From the NCBI RefSeq assembly GCF_018350175.1, contig NC_058368.1, forward strand, positions 227,354,001-227,418,000: DNA of 64,000 nucleotides, written 5' to 3'. Positions within the stretch are counted from its first letter, which is position 1. Each line of letters starts with the position of its first letter. Made by a program: the position numbers and the translations under genes. This document shows positions 1-12,800 of the stretch, piece after piece. This DNA is from Felis catus. Taxonomy: Eukaryota. The notes beneath the pieces are model-generated. The model saw nothing but the letters and a program-made list of their open reading frames with translations, had not been told where the DNA came from and made no database searches.

Positions 1-3000
1 CAAAATTTAACACATTTTAGGAAAAAGGCTTTGCAGAATCCATACATAGAAGTCCTTCTACTCATTCAGATTTTTATCTACGTATAACATAGGCCCAGGA
101 ATGTTGGGCATCCATTGTTTTGTCTTTACGTGACATTTTTACCCTAAAATCAGTTCCTTCTTCAGTTCACTTCTTACAGTTCCTTGGGCTGTTTTTAAGT
201 TACGTGACACTGTGCTCTGCCTTTTGCTAAACAGTCTGGGGATTCTATGCCCTTCACACACATTTCAGATTCACTTCACACACACAGAGGGCCTCCTTTT
301 CATTGTGTTTTAAGTAGTCACAGATTTCTACCTGTGCCTACAAATAAGATTCCCTGGAAGTTTATACTTCTGGGATTTCAAGGGGGGAGTCCTTGCAAAA
401 TACTGCTTAATAAAGAGAGGAAAAATAATCAACTGTTGTTTTAACATCAGAAAGAAGAGACAGGGGAAGTCTACTGGAGTCCTACGCAAAGGCAGCAATA
501 GTAAGGGCGCTAAATCATTATAGGCCATAGATAGAGCACTTCACAGTTGTCATCCGGACATCTTCCAGAAGCAGACTGCAGACCATGAGGGGAGCCAGCA
601 ACTCGGGCAGAGATGCGGGGCAGGAGGGAACACACAGCCTCTTAAAAAAAAAAAAGCACATAAAAACCCACAAAAGTTGCTTCTTCTGTCGGAGGTGTTA
701 AGGCCTGAGATTTTTACCTGATTGATAATCCTTACAACCGGAAGGAACAGAATAATGAAAGGAGACAAAGGCAATGCCTGAAAACTTTCATCAGCCTTTA
801 CCTGACACGACAGCGAACATCTAAAAGAGTAAAGGCCTATACAAAGAAAGCGGGTCAATCCTGTTCTGCATGTCTAAATATTTCCAGCTACGCCATATTC
901 TAAGGAAGGGGAACTGCAAACATTTCAGATCAAACCCCACCTAGGCCTAGATCACAAGTGAAAAACCACACATTGGCCTCTCGTCCCCCATTGTGGCCGT
1001 CGTCAATCACTGTTCCGCGGGTCCAAGTGAAATCGGCGTATGTTGTGTATGTAGATGTTGCTAAGCAGGTGAGGAGAGGAGCCAGAAGAAAATGTCCTGA
1101 GGAAGCAGTGTCAATTCCAGGGAACTTGTTACAGGGAAATCCTTTCAGGTTTAAGTGTACCTTAAACGAGCTCAACAGTAAAAGTCACACCTGCTTAAGC
1201 TGGAGATAATCTTCCCGCCAAGACTACAGGGTCCAAAACGCCTGAAGTCTCTCAATAAACTCTGGGGATGAAAGTGGGCTCCGTGTGGTCACCACTGAGT
1301 TCTCTTCTTCTAGAACGCTCTATCATTGTAGAGACCCCTCTAAGCAGATTATCCTGCATCTATTTTGGTCTCAACGCAATTTCTATTCTGCTGCGGTCAC
1401 CCGACCAGCCCGAGATCAGGAATGATTAATGGAATTAAGATTCTGGGCAGCTGAAGGAGCACGTGGCAGCAAAGAATGTTATTTTTTAAAGTCGGCCGAT
1501 CATCTGTATTTCCTGAAATATGGTTTCTTTGGAAGTTTTGCTTCTCAGATGCTGGGATCCCACTAAGCCCGGATAACAGTCTGAGGGCAGAGTCCAGTAA
1601 GGCGCCGGGACAGAAAGCAACTCAAACACATGGTTTCAAACTTTCATCAATGTGGTGGTGAAGACCACGGGTTCTGCACTCTAACAATTATCACACACAG
1701 GAGCAAGAAAAAAGGACGTATGTAAACAAGTTGCCCAGAAATCCAGTTCAAGTTCACGAAGACTAAAACACTGTTGACAAGCAAAGACACAGGATCATGA
1801 GTATTATTAAATTCAACAGCTGGTATGAACCAACAGCCAGAGGCAACGCAGCCCGGACAGAGACCTTCACGGCCCTGTGCCTCAACATGTTAAGTGTGCT
1901 TTAAAAAATGTTCACGAATGAAGAGTAAGCATTTCCTGTTGTAGAGCCACAAATACTAAAATGAAGCCTCGAGGCCGCTAAGAAGTCCTTATTGTTAATT
2001 TGGCTTCTAGGTACCTCCTTGTTCAAGGAACCATCCCGTCTCACAGCCAAGACCACAAAACCTCTGCCACACATTCACACGCGTTTAGAACAGAACTTGA
2101 TGCAAACACGCTAATGAATACACACTTACCGAAGTGTGGTGAACAGTACTGAGGGAGTAATGGGGGATTATTAACCTAACAGTCTGCCTAGTTCTGTGTG
2201 TCCTCTGAGTTTTCTCATGAGAATTTTAATTTTTCAGTACAAAGCAAAACTAAATCTTCAAAGAAGGTTTGCCACTCCCAAAAGGTATTTGCTAGCTTGC
2301 TAACTATGCTAAATTGAACCAAATAAGCTGGTAATTACCATGAAATAAAGCCCAGTACCTCAGGGAAACTCTACGCCCACAAACGTTGGGTCGGCACTAG
2401 AGGCGTCCGGTCCCGCGAACACGGTGCACGGCCCACACCCCGTGCGGGTGATCCGGACCCTCGCCGCCTGCAACCAGGCCCGTCGCCCCGCCGGTCACCA
2501 GCCAGGCCTCGGTGCAGGCGGCCACTGAGAGCCAGGAACGTCACCTCCTCCCTCGGGCTTCCCAAACCAAACCACAGGCAGCCGCGGCTCCGCCACACTC
2601 CGGCGCTCGGCTTTGGTACGCGCCTCTGCTTAACCTTGCTCACGGACCCTCCCGGACGCTTTGCTGTTGTCGCCCACCCCCACCCCCCCCCAGGTACTCG
2701 ACTCTGGCAGCGGAGGCAGCCTCAAAACCACAGCATGAAAAGGGCACACGGGACAGTCGAGATCTCACTCCCTCTCGCCTCCGAACACAGACGAGTGTCC
2801 AGCGCCGTCTGGCCTCGGTTTCCCTCTCTAAAACAGCAGGTGGATCTCAGCTCCGTTCTGGCTATACAACGGCGCATCTGTGAAACGGAGAAGAACCAAC
2901 GGCCCAACGCCCGAACTCACCCAGCCGAGAGCGCACCACCTGCACGAAGCACCGGGCCAGGCGCAGCCATGACCTCAGGCAACTGTCACGCTCTCAGAGT

Positions 3001-3623
3001 CAGGAGTGATGTGCCACCACATCCCTCCTACAGATTTAAATATCTCATTTTTGGACCCAGTGTTCAATCTTCTATGAGACAGTCTGCTTAGGATAGCTTT
3101 AATGAACATGTAAGCCCGAACCAGTGCTCAGGAAGACTATCAGAGGACGTTATGACTGTGCCCCTAACAGGCTCCGCCTCAGAGTTAGGCCACGTAAGCC
3201 GAATTGCATAGGATGGGCACTCCGGAGACCCATCACCCCCAAAACAAAAAATGACTATCTTGAGAAAAAACTGAGACCAAGTTTACATTAGAGAGTCTGC
3301 TTCTGAGACGTGAAGAACACACTCCTCTCCGAGAGGCGTCTCCTCTGATACAAAAGGTTTGTTTTATGGAGAAGATGTAGTTTGTACCTTCCAAAAGAAG
3401 TGCTCTGAAGGCCCCCGAGGAAACATATCGTATCAAAGATGAGGGAAAACCCCTGGTTAGTTCTAACGAACAAAAGCCGTCCTCAGAACAGCCCAGTCCA
3501 GCTTGGCTCGCCCGGCCCGACAGTCCCCGTGGGTCACCCGAAGAGACCTGGAAGCCGCGGGCCTCAGCAGGGAGCTGCCAGGGCACCTCGGCCGTGTGGC
3601 CGGGCCGTCCGGGTACGCGTCCC
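1..3623 (-). other. OTULIN: Probable OTULIN 3' UTR / downstream region (end not determined)
   Basis: Follows the stop codon and has no obvious SINE. Candidate ATTAAA signals on the minus strand at 3098-3103 and 2225-2230. Human OTULIN has a multi-kb 3' UTR (recalled). Confidence 0.55.
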
Positions 3624-3818
3624 TCACAGACTCGTCTCCTCGCACACTCTGACGGGGATGTTGTAGTGCCGGTCGTCCTCGGCGATCAGGGTCACCACCG
3701 GCCAGTCCGTGGGTGGGTCGGTGGGGTAGACCGTGATGAATTCTTCGGTGCTGTACTTGGAGAGCCGGTACACCCGAATGGTGTGGCGCACGGCATAGGC
3801 AAGAAGGAACATTTCCAC
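3624..3818 (-). CDS. OTULIN: OTULIN exon 7 coding part: catalytic His/Asn (HYN, 3668-3660) and C-terminal ETSL PDZ-binding motif
   Basis: Acceptor ttccccag| at 3819; stop TGA at 3626-3624; 195 nt. Confidence 0.97.
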   Translation of the reverse strand: MEMFLLAYAVRHTIRVYRLSKYSTEEFITVYPTDPPTDWPVVTLIAEDDRHYNIPVRVCEETSL

Positions 3819-6800
3819 CTGGGGAAAAGAGCCAACGGGTCTGCGGGGGGAAGCTGTGCTGAAAGACACAGTCCCACCTGCTCCCTCCCAGGCTGCGGGC
3901 AGCTACCTTCCTTCCCCGCCCTGGGCCCGGCCCCCGGGCTTTCCCCCACAGTCGTTACAAACGGCAGATCATCAAAAATGGACTCACCGTCCGGTAAATC
4001 AGGGACTTGTATCCAGAATGTATGACGAACTTTTATAATTCAACAATTAAAAAAGCAAGCGACCGGTTTAAAAATTGGGCAAAGGATGTGAAAAGAACAG
4101 ACATTAATCCGAAGAAGATATGCAAATGGGCAATGAGCACCTGAAAAGTCATCAGGGGACCGCAGACCGAGGCCACACTGAGCTACCACTTCACGCCCCC
4201 CAGAGCAGTTAGGATCAAACAGGTAAGAACGAGGCACGACCACTCGTGTGGAGAGATGAACGTGTTTTGGAACTCGACACAGGTAGTGGTCATACAGTGC
4301 TTAAATGTACCAAGAGCCACTGAGTTATATACTTTAGAATGGGGTTAATTTTATATGAACTTCAATTAAAAAAAAGGCGGGGGGGGGGGGCGCGTGGGTG
4401 GCTCAGTCGGTTAGGCGTCCGACTTTGGCTCGGGTCATGTTCTCACAGGTTCGTGGTTTGAGCCCCATATTGGGCTCTGTGCTGACAGCTCAGAGCCTGG
4501 AGCCTGCTTCGGATTCTGTGTCTCCCTCTCTCTGGCCCTCCCCCTGCTCACGCTCTGTCTCACTCTCTCTAAAATAAACTTAAAAAAAAAAAAAAAAGAA
4601 GTACATCTTAGGTACATACCCAAGAGAAATGAAAATATGTGTCCACACAAAAAACCTGCATATAAACGTTCATAACAGGATCATTCAAAATAGCTAAAAA
4701 GTACAAAGACCCCAAATGTCCATCAACTGAAGAATGAATGTGATACAGCCATACGATGGAATACTGTTAGTGATGCACGCTACAATATGGATGAATCTTG
4801 AAAGCGTTTTGCTAAGTGACAGAAGCAAGTCACAAAAAAACACGTATTGTATGATTCCATTTATAGGAAATGTCCAGAATAGGCAAATCTATAGCAACAG
4901 GAAGTAGACTAGTGGCTGCCTAGGGCTGGAGGGGAGGGGGAATTAGCACCAATCATTACAGGGTTTCTTTTCGGAGTGATAAAATGGCCTGAAATTAGAC
5001 TACAATGATGGCTGCAAAACTCTATAAAAATACTAAAAACCACTGAGTTACGCACTTCAAAAGGGTAAACTTTATGGTACGTAAATTATGTCTCAATAAA
5101 GCTGTTATGTTTTAAAAATGGACTCGCCACGTGACAGTAGACTTTGTGAGGACTCAGAAAGAACGAACTTCGGTCTAATTTGCAAACCAGCTGCACCAGA
5201 CTTTTTACTGAAGGCAAGCGCTACGGTTCAGGAGACGTAAGCAGCCTACACTGCGAGTGCAGATACTTTTTGTAAGCAGTTCTTTTTGTAAGTCAATTCT
5301 GCCTGACCCAGCAGTGACCTTCAGCCTTTGCTCTTTCTTACACACCAGGAAAAGGTAAGCGCAAGTGGGCAAGTGGGTCTCGTAAGCACAAAGGGAGCCC
5401 TTTGGATGGATAGCCTTAAATGCTGCTTTAATGGCTGGCTGTTCCACCAGAAAGGACTTAAGCTTTTCAGGATAATATAATGAGGGCACTAAACATAGTG
5501 CAAGGTGTGGTGAGTCAGGGGACAGTACCGCACTGCGTCTCCGTGCAGAACTCCAAACTTAGCATCTCTGTAAAAGATCCAAGAGCAGGCTAGTCTCTAC
5601 TGGCTAAGGTGACTCCATTTCTATTTTTAAAGGATGCTACCTAATACAGCTACAGCTGCCAAGATTAAATAATAAGACCCTTTGCTTCATGTATTGGTAG
5701 CCTACCAGACGCGAGGGTACTAATCCCGTCCGGCATCCTGCAGAAGCCAGCCCCGGATGAAATCAACGTGGTGGTTACAAAACAGATCCACAGTTCTTTT
5801 GCACCCTTGGACTCCTCACTTGAAAAGGTGGGTGGAACTAATGCTCTCCCCTTGAGTGTGGGATGGATTTAGTGACTTGTTTTTAACAAATAGAATACGG
5901 TGTAAACAATAGCGTTTAACTTCCAAGATGAAATCACAAAACACATTTGTGGCTTCCTCCTTGCTCTCTTCTTGGATCACTTCACTTTCTCAGAGAAGCC
6001 AGCCATCATGTCACAAGGACACTCAAGTGGCCCTACAGAAGGGCCCATGTGTCGAGGAACTAAACCCTCCTAAGCTACCAATGAGGCCTCCTGCCAACAG
6101 CCGGGGGAATGCACCACGTGGGAAGTGGATCCCCTAGCCCAGTCAGGCCCTCGGATGACTGCAACCTCCCGAGACCCCGAGACAGAATCACGCAACTAAG
6201 CTGCTCTGGAGCCCTTGACCGACAGAGGCTCTGAAATACCATGTGATGATGAAAGCTGCTGCTGTGGACTAATACACTCCTGAAGGCACAACTCACCTGT
6301 TCAAGGCCACCAGTGTGTCCCACCTGGTTTAGGTGGTTCCTTAGCAGCTGTCCAGGATCATTCGATGTGTCCCGAGCAAACAGAAGCACAGAGAAAAATG
6401 GTACTTCCTTTCCCTTCTCTTTGTCATCGTATAGTTCAATGGCTCTGTTTAGCATTAGAAATTTTACAGCTTCATAGAGGCTATATTCCTCTTCCTCATT
6501 TGTGAACAGTTCATCGCAAGCTATCTGCCTCGCTTCAGCAGTTCTCAGTTCTGCCAAGCCTGCCCACTGCAAGAAAGGTGCATAACAATTACACATCTGT
6601 TCTAAGAAACCCTGGTATACTTCCATACTATGTGCACAAAATTATTTTCCAAGTAGGCAACCACGGATCATGCACCAACATTCACAACATTCAAGTTTTT
6701 AGCTCAAACCATGGTACTCTTTAGACCACACAAATTCCTTATTCAGCTGTTCCCCCATTAATTTGAAACAAAAGTACAAGGCACTAAGAAGGCCCAAGGC

Positions 6801-9800
6801 CATGGAATGGAACTTTCAACTCCCCTAAGATCCTAGACAATGGAATTGAACTAGTCAAGGGGCACCTGGATGGCTTCGTCAGTTAAGTGCCTGACTTCAG
6901 CTCAGGTCATGATCTCACAGTTTGTGGGTTCAAGCCCCGCATCAGGCTCTGTGCTGATAGCTCGGAGCCTGGAGCCTGCTTCAGATTCTGTGTCTCCCTC
7001 TCTCTCTGCCCGTCCCCTGCTCGTGCGCACTCTCTCTCTCAAAAATAAATAAGCATTAAAAAAACAAAAGAAAGAAAGAAATTGAACCAATCAGAGATAC
7101 TTCTGGAGGGAGGCGCCTGGGTGGCTCTGTCAGTTAAGCGTCCGACTTCAGTGGCTCAGTCGGCTAAGCGTCCAACTGCAGCTCAGGTGGTCGTGATCTC
7201 ACAGTTTGTGAGTTTGAGCCCCGCATTGGGCTCTGTGCTGACCGCTTGGAGCCTGACACCTGCTTCAGACGCTGTGTCTCCCTCTCCCTCTGCCCCTCCC
7301 AGCTTGCACGCTCTTGTGCGCGCTCTCTCTCTCTCAAGAATAAATATTTAAAAAATTTTTTTAATTGAAAAAAAAAAAAAGAAATAGTCTGGAGGAGCTG
7401 ATAAGGTGCATGTGAGGCTGGTATGTGAGGCTGTGAAGGGTAGCTAAAATTACTTCTCCCCTTAAGGGGTTTCCAGGAGCGCTGACCAACCAGAAACAGC
7501 AAGTCGAGCTGCAAAAATGAAGCTGGGCAAGGAAGACTATGAGGTCTTTTGATTGTTAATTTACTATGGTCTTCCCTCTAACTTCCTAAAAATATACCTG
7601 GGAGTTTCAAATGCATATATCCACTCAGGAAATGTTTACTGACTCCTGATTAAGAATAAAGCAGAGTACTAGGTATTCAGCTAACAGTGGCAAACTCTTA
7701 AGTGAGCGAGAAAACTCCATAAATATATGCGCTTTTAAGTTCAAGCAAATGAGATGAGATACTGATGTGAAACTAGTCCTTTTTTTTTTTTTTAAATGTT
7801 TATTTATTTGAGAGACAGAGAGAGAGAGAGCGCGCACAGGAGGGGCAGAGAGAGAGGGAGACAGAATCCCAAGCAGGCTCTGCACCTTCAATGCAGAGCC
7901 CAATGCAGGGATCGAACCCACGAACAGTTAGATCATGACCTGAGCTGAACTCAAGACTCGGACACTTAACTGACTGAGCCACCCAGGTGCCCCAGAAACT
8001 AGTCCTTATGAGTAACCGGTGACTACTGCCCCTCTCAAAAACCATTAAAATTCTAAATTCAACAGTAAATTTTAATGGTAATGACTGTACCACAGGATTC
8101 TCTTCAATATGTGGCTGAAAGCTGGAACATCTCACATTTTCCAGAAGCAACCAAGCTGGCAGGCAAGAGCATGGCTCTAGAGTCAGAGAGTCAGGATGGA
8201 ATGAAGGCCTTCCCACCAAGCAGCTGGTGGCATTAACAGACATCTTTAAAACAGGAATAACACAGCAACTACATTTCGCTAGTTACGAGAATTAAATAAC
8301 CTATTTAATAACCTAATTAAATAACCGTGTTTCACAGACAGCCTGGCACATGAGAGGTACCAGTTATGTTGGCTTAGATTATTAATGAACAATTTTAATG
8401 TCACTGTGAACTGGAATCACTTCAACATTCCCAAAAATGAGGATCTAATTATAGCAGACACAACTGATAAAGCAAAAATTGCAATTTCACAAGACCTTAA
8501 AAGAGACGAAAAGGAAATTGTCACAAGGGGGCAAGCCGAAGAGCCTTCCCATTCACTCACACAGCCAGAAACCTGCTCTCGACCTCCCCCTAACCCAGAT
8601 CCTGGGCAAGCACACGTCTCCCTGCCCCCAAAAGGCTGTGCTCTATAAACCCCAAGCTCCACTCTAAGAGGCAAAGAGAACAGAATCCCTATTTCCTTCT
8701 CTTGTCACAATTTCTTTATCTCTAGACTTCCTTTGACAGTGAACTTTCCATTAAACACTTGTGTCTGTTAATAAAAACTAAGCTCCAGGAGGTCAAGCCC
8801 TCAGCTCATTTACTACACAATATATTTACCAAATGCCTACTATGTGTCAGGCTTGGTACTCGACACTGGGTGAAAAGGAACGAGCAGGACAGTCTCTCGT
8901 GGAGCTCAAAGTCTAGCCGGACGGCAGACTATACTGGGGGAAACAGATCAACATCTGGTGGAGGAGCTAAAGGCCTCTGGAAACCGGAGCCTGAGTAGTT
9001 CAGTCCATTGAGCGTCCAACTCTTGATTTTGGGGCTGACAGGTCAGAGCCTACTTGGGATTCTCCCTCCCCTCTCTCTCTGCCCCTCCCCTGCTTGCATG
9101 AGCTCGCTCGCTCTCTCTCTCTCAAAGTAAATAAACTTTTAAAGGGAGGGAGGAAGGAAGAGAGAGAGAAAGAGAAAAAAAGACATCTGCCACCCCCTTA
9201 GCCAGTCTCCCTCCCATCTACAAAGCCTGGAGCCATTAGCAGGCCCTCAAGCCAGGGTTCCTGGTGAAGAAAGCCTCAAGCAAGCAGCCTAGTGGACAGT
9301 GTGGGCCAGTGTGCAAGGACATCCAAACCCCATGGAATACTCCAGAACGGGAGTATTTTCTTAACCAAATCACTGGGAATCAGCCAACCAAGTTCTCCCT
9401 ATAATTCTGTTTCAGAGAAACCCTCAGGACAGTTTTCAAAAGACAAGTTACTGAATTTACTCACCGGATAATCATTCAGGAATGAAAACAAGTCTAATAA
9501 ATATGGACAGAATCTTAAAACATGAAATTGGGAAGAATTTAATAAAGATGCACTTATATCACTGATAATACTGTAAGAAATACAGACTAAATACAGACTA
9601 TCCCTGAAGCTTGTCAATATGACTTAGAACAAAGACTACACTTGTTTAAGGTTTCCTTTGAAGAAAGTTAAACATTTCACTAGACATAATAATCGGTGTT
9701 ATTTCCCCATCTTACCAAAGACTTCACAGGAAGAGTTTGTGTTCGTTTAAATTATGTTGCCTAAAAACCTGCCACGGGCATCTGGCAATCCACTAAGCGA

Positions 9801-12800
9801 GGACCGAGAATTGGTCTGCTGGGGCAATCAGGAGTGAGAGTTTTGCACTTATCAGAGAAAAAGAAAAAAACTACATGTTCCAAACCTTCTTCCTTAGCAG
9901 TGTGAGGGACTCCTTAATTTTATCAACCAGGTCCTCGCTCTTCCCCTCAAATTTCAGTCCAAGTTTCCACTGCTTGATCCAATTGTATTTGCTTATGAGT
10001 TTTTCCGGTAACTGGATTATCAAGAAACAGAGAGATAAAGAGGTGTTAGAACCAAGAAATCCATCACAGGATCCTGCAGAAACCACAAAGCCTACAAAAC
10101 CTACCTTTGTTTCCAGAATTCATTCCTGCACATTTGTCTGGGTTTGGGATGGAGGGACCTAAATCTGGAATTGTGAACTCGGAAAGCACCACCCCCCTCC
10201 CCCAACTCCAGGAGGCTGCTGGAGTCAAATGGTGCTTCTGGTTGAGATACAAAGGCACCATTCAGCTTGCTCAACTCCAACCACAGCCAGAACATTCCAC
10301 AGCACTTCGTGAGGGCACATGAAGGCAGGGTCCACATCGTGTCTTCACAAACCACACAGGCAGCTACTGGGCTCAATGGCAGCCTCCTGCCGTCCCTAAT
10401 GCCCAACTTAGGAAGGCGCTTCAGGCATGCAAGATGGTCCAGGATAAAGTAAAAACCTGATTCTTTCCCGATTAGAAATATAAAGCCTAATTTCCAGTAT
10501 TGCCATATATCCCCAAAGTTTTGGTATTCAAAAAAACAATGTGTATCTAGTTTAACCTAAGCCTGATCAACATCGTAAGATAAAGAACACCATGGAGAAT
10601 AAGGAGCAGAGCTAACAGCCGCGGTGGCCCAGCTCATTAAAGAAGTGACAGCTGACCTACTACTTTGCCTGGTTCCTTTTTTTTTTTTTTTTTTTCCTGG
10701 AGGGTGTTTTATTTTGTTTTCCCCTAATCAACAGAAGCTGGAGTCTGAGAGGCAAGCTGGGACACAACCCGGTTGATGACGGCATGGGAACCCCGACACT
10801 CCCAACAGTCTTGGGTGTGTCAGAAGAACATTCCTAACTAGGCTGGGCACAGGCATGTCGCTTCCCTGCTATAAAACCCAGAAAGGAAACGACAGTTCAC
10901 CTCCAAGTCAAAGGATCGTTAAAGGAGAATTAATTCCTATGACATCCTACGTGGACGAGAGAGCCTGTTCAACAGTCCTGAACACGGGTTTAAATGAGGC
11001 CACAGGCTCAGTTCCCCAGGCACCTAAGACTCTGAAGACCCTTTCCCAAAGGGCGAGTCCAATTTTACCTTCTCAATCTACAGCAATCATGTAAACCAAA
11101 GGTGGTTTCCTCTCTGCAGAAAACAAAACCACACAGGGAAATTCCTCTTTAGGTAAAGTTACCCCAGGGACCACGATCCACACTCACTCACTAAGCGGGG
11201 AGGGGCTGTGTTCTCCCCATTTCCTGTGACCACCCCACCAAGCGGCCCAGCTCCGCACCCACGCTGCCCAGCATTTGGGCAACGTGTGCGCCGTTTTGCT
11301 GCGAAGCTTCAGTTCCGCTTTCAGACCTGTCACCAGAACCTAAAATGCCCTCAAGTGGCAACAAGTTGAAATCACAACTGGGCACAAGGAAGTGCAAAGA
11401 GCAGGAAATACCCGCTACACTGGGAAAAGGGGTACAGAGAAGCCCAGAAGACCATCTGAGCGGCACAGGATGCTGTGCACGTACCTAAAAAGCAGGCACC
11501 ACACACAAGTGAATTACTTGAAAGTCCCCAACGTTCTAACTACACACAGGGAACCCCTGACATAAAAGTCCGTTTCCTCATTCCTTCCACGCACGGGCGA
11601 ACTGTTGCTAGGAAATGCCCTCGCTCAGGGGCGCATGCCTCTGGGAGACGTGGAGATCCTGGAGAAAGCCCGAGAGACAAGGTGTGAAAAAGAAACAACG
11701 AGGAAAGAATAACGCAGCTGGAACGATTTATTCAGAAGAAAAAATGGATCTACCTCTACACGCTTTCCAGAGTCACGGAAAACAGGGAAGTAGCCATTCT
11801 TTTCTACCACGTACACAGACGCTGCACTTCTGCTAGAATGAGGGAGACTCAAGCAAAAAACAAGACTGAAACAAGAAATCAGGGTTGGACGCGTTTCAGA
11901 ATAAAGTCGGTGACCCGCTGAGAAGGAGTCCCACTTGTGACTCCACAACAGCCCGCTCTCTAGCAAGTGTCCACAGTCCTTGGCACCATTGCCATGATCA
12001 AAAGGACTGTAGGTTAACAACGATGCACCCCCAAAACGAACGCATGAAGAGAGCTCCGATGTACAAACACTGTCACGGGTCCCACCCGTTCAGAAACATT
12101 CTAAAACTCAGCGAACGTGCCCTGAAGGACAACCCCCTCTCGGGGACCGAGACATGCCCCAAGTTTAAGAGCAGCCAGACCGAGCCACCTCTGACACTGG
12201 GGTCAGGGTCAGGTGGTCCAGCTGTAGCCAAATACGGAGACTGGGATCTGGAGACAGGGGCCCCAAGCAGGGTAGGCGGAGAGAGGCAGTGAGGGCAAAG
12301 CTCACACCCCAGGCTGAGACCAAAGCAAGGCCAGGGGAGAGTGCAAGGGCTTGGACTAAGGGGAGGAGGGTCTCTCAGTCCAGCTCTCCTCTCTCCCTTT
12401 TACGTTCCGAAACGAGTATGTTCTAGGAAAGAGGGAAAAGGGCAAAATGCTACAGAGAACAGATCTCAATCTGCACACAGGCAGATACAGCCAGCTAAAG
12501 GGTGCATGTCCCTTGGTGACAACATATGGCTTCTCTCGGCTCGCCCGGATTCTGGATGAGGTCAAGAGATGCTCCGCAGTGCCCGGCCTACGGCCCAGAG
12601 GCCGACATCAGTTCTCAGTCCACAGACTCATACAAACTTAGGTGTCCCAGGACCTCTCTGATCCCAGAAGCTGAAGGGGCGGGTTAAGGGAGAGCCGGTG
12701 CGGTTCAGGAGAGGCCGAGTATGTGACATGAGAGTCCCTTGAACCTGCCTGCTGAGAGCGGCTCACCCGTGTCCCCAGAAGTGGTCAGTGCTGTCACACT

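Noticed and set aside
1-2400. 3' end of the convergent neighbour ANKH (+ strand AATAAA at 409, 1254, 2344)
   Set aside because: Human synteny places ANKH beyond this side, but no ANKH exon is recognisable here and isolated hexamers are not evidence.
3600-3626. Programmed stop-codon readthrough that would mask the ETSL PDZ motif
   Set aside because: Context is TGA-GGG, not the TGA-CTAG readthrough motif, and there is no other support.
6075-6626. 183-aa minus ORF as a standalone gene
   Set aside because: It is OTULIN exon 6 read through into the flanking introns; clear AG/GT sites at 6567 and 6296.
8291-8326. Three tandem copies of att(a/t)aataacc(t)
   Set aside because: A short, ordinary slippage repeat with no sign of function.
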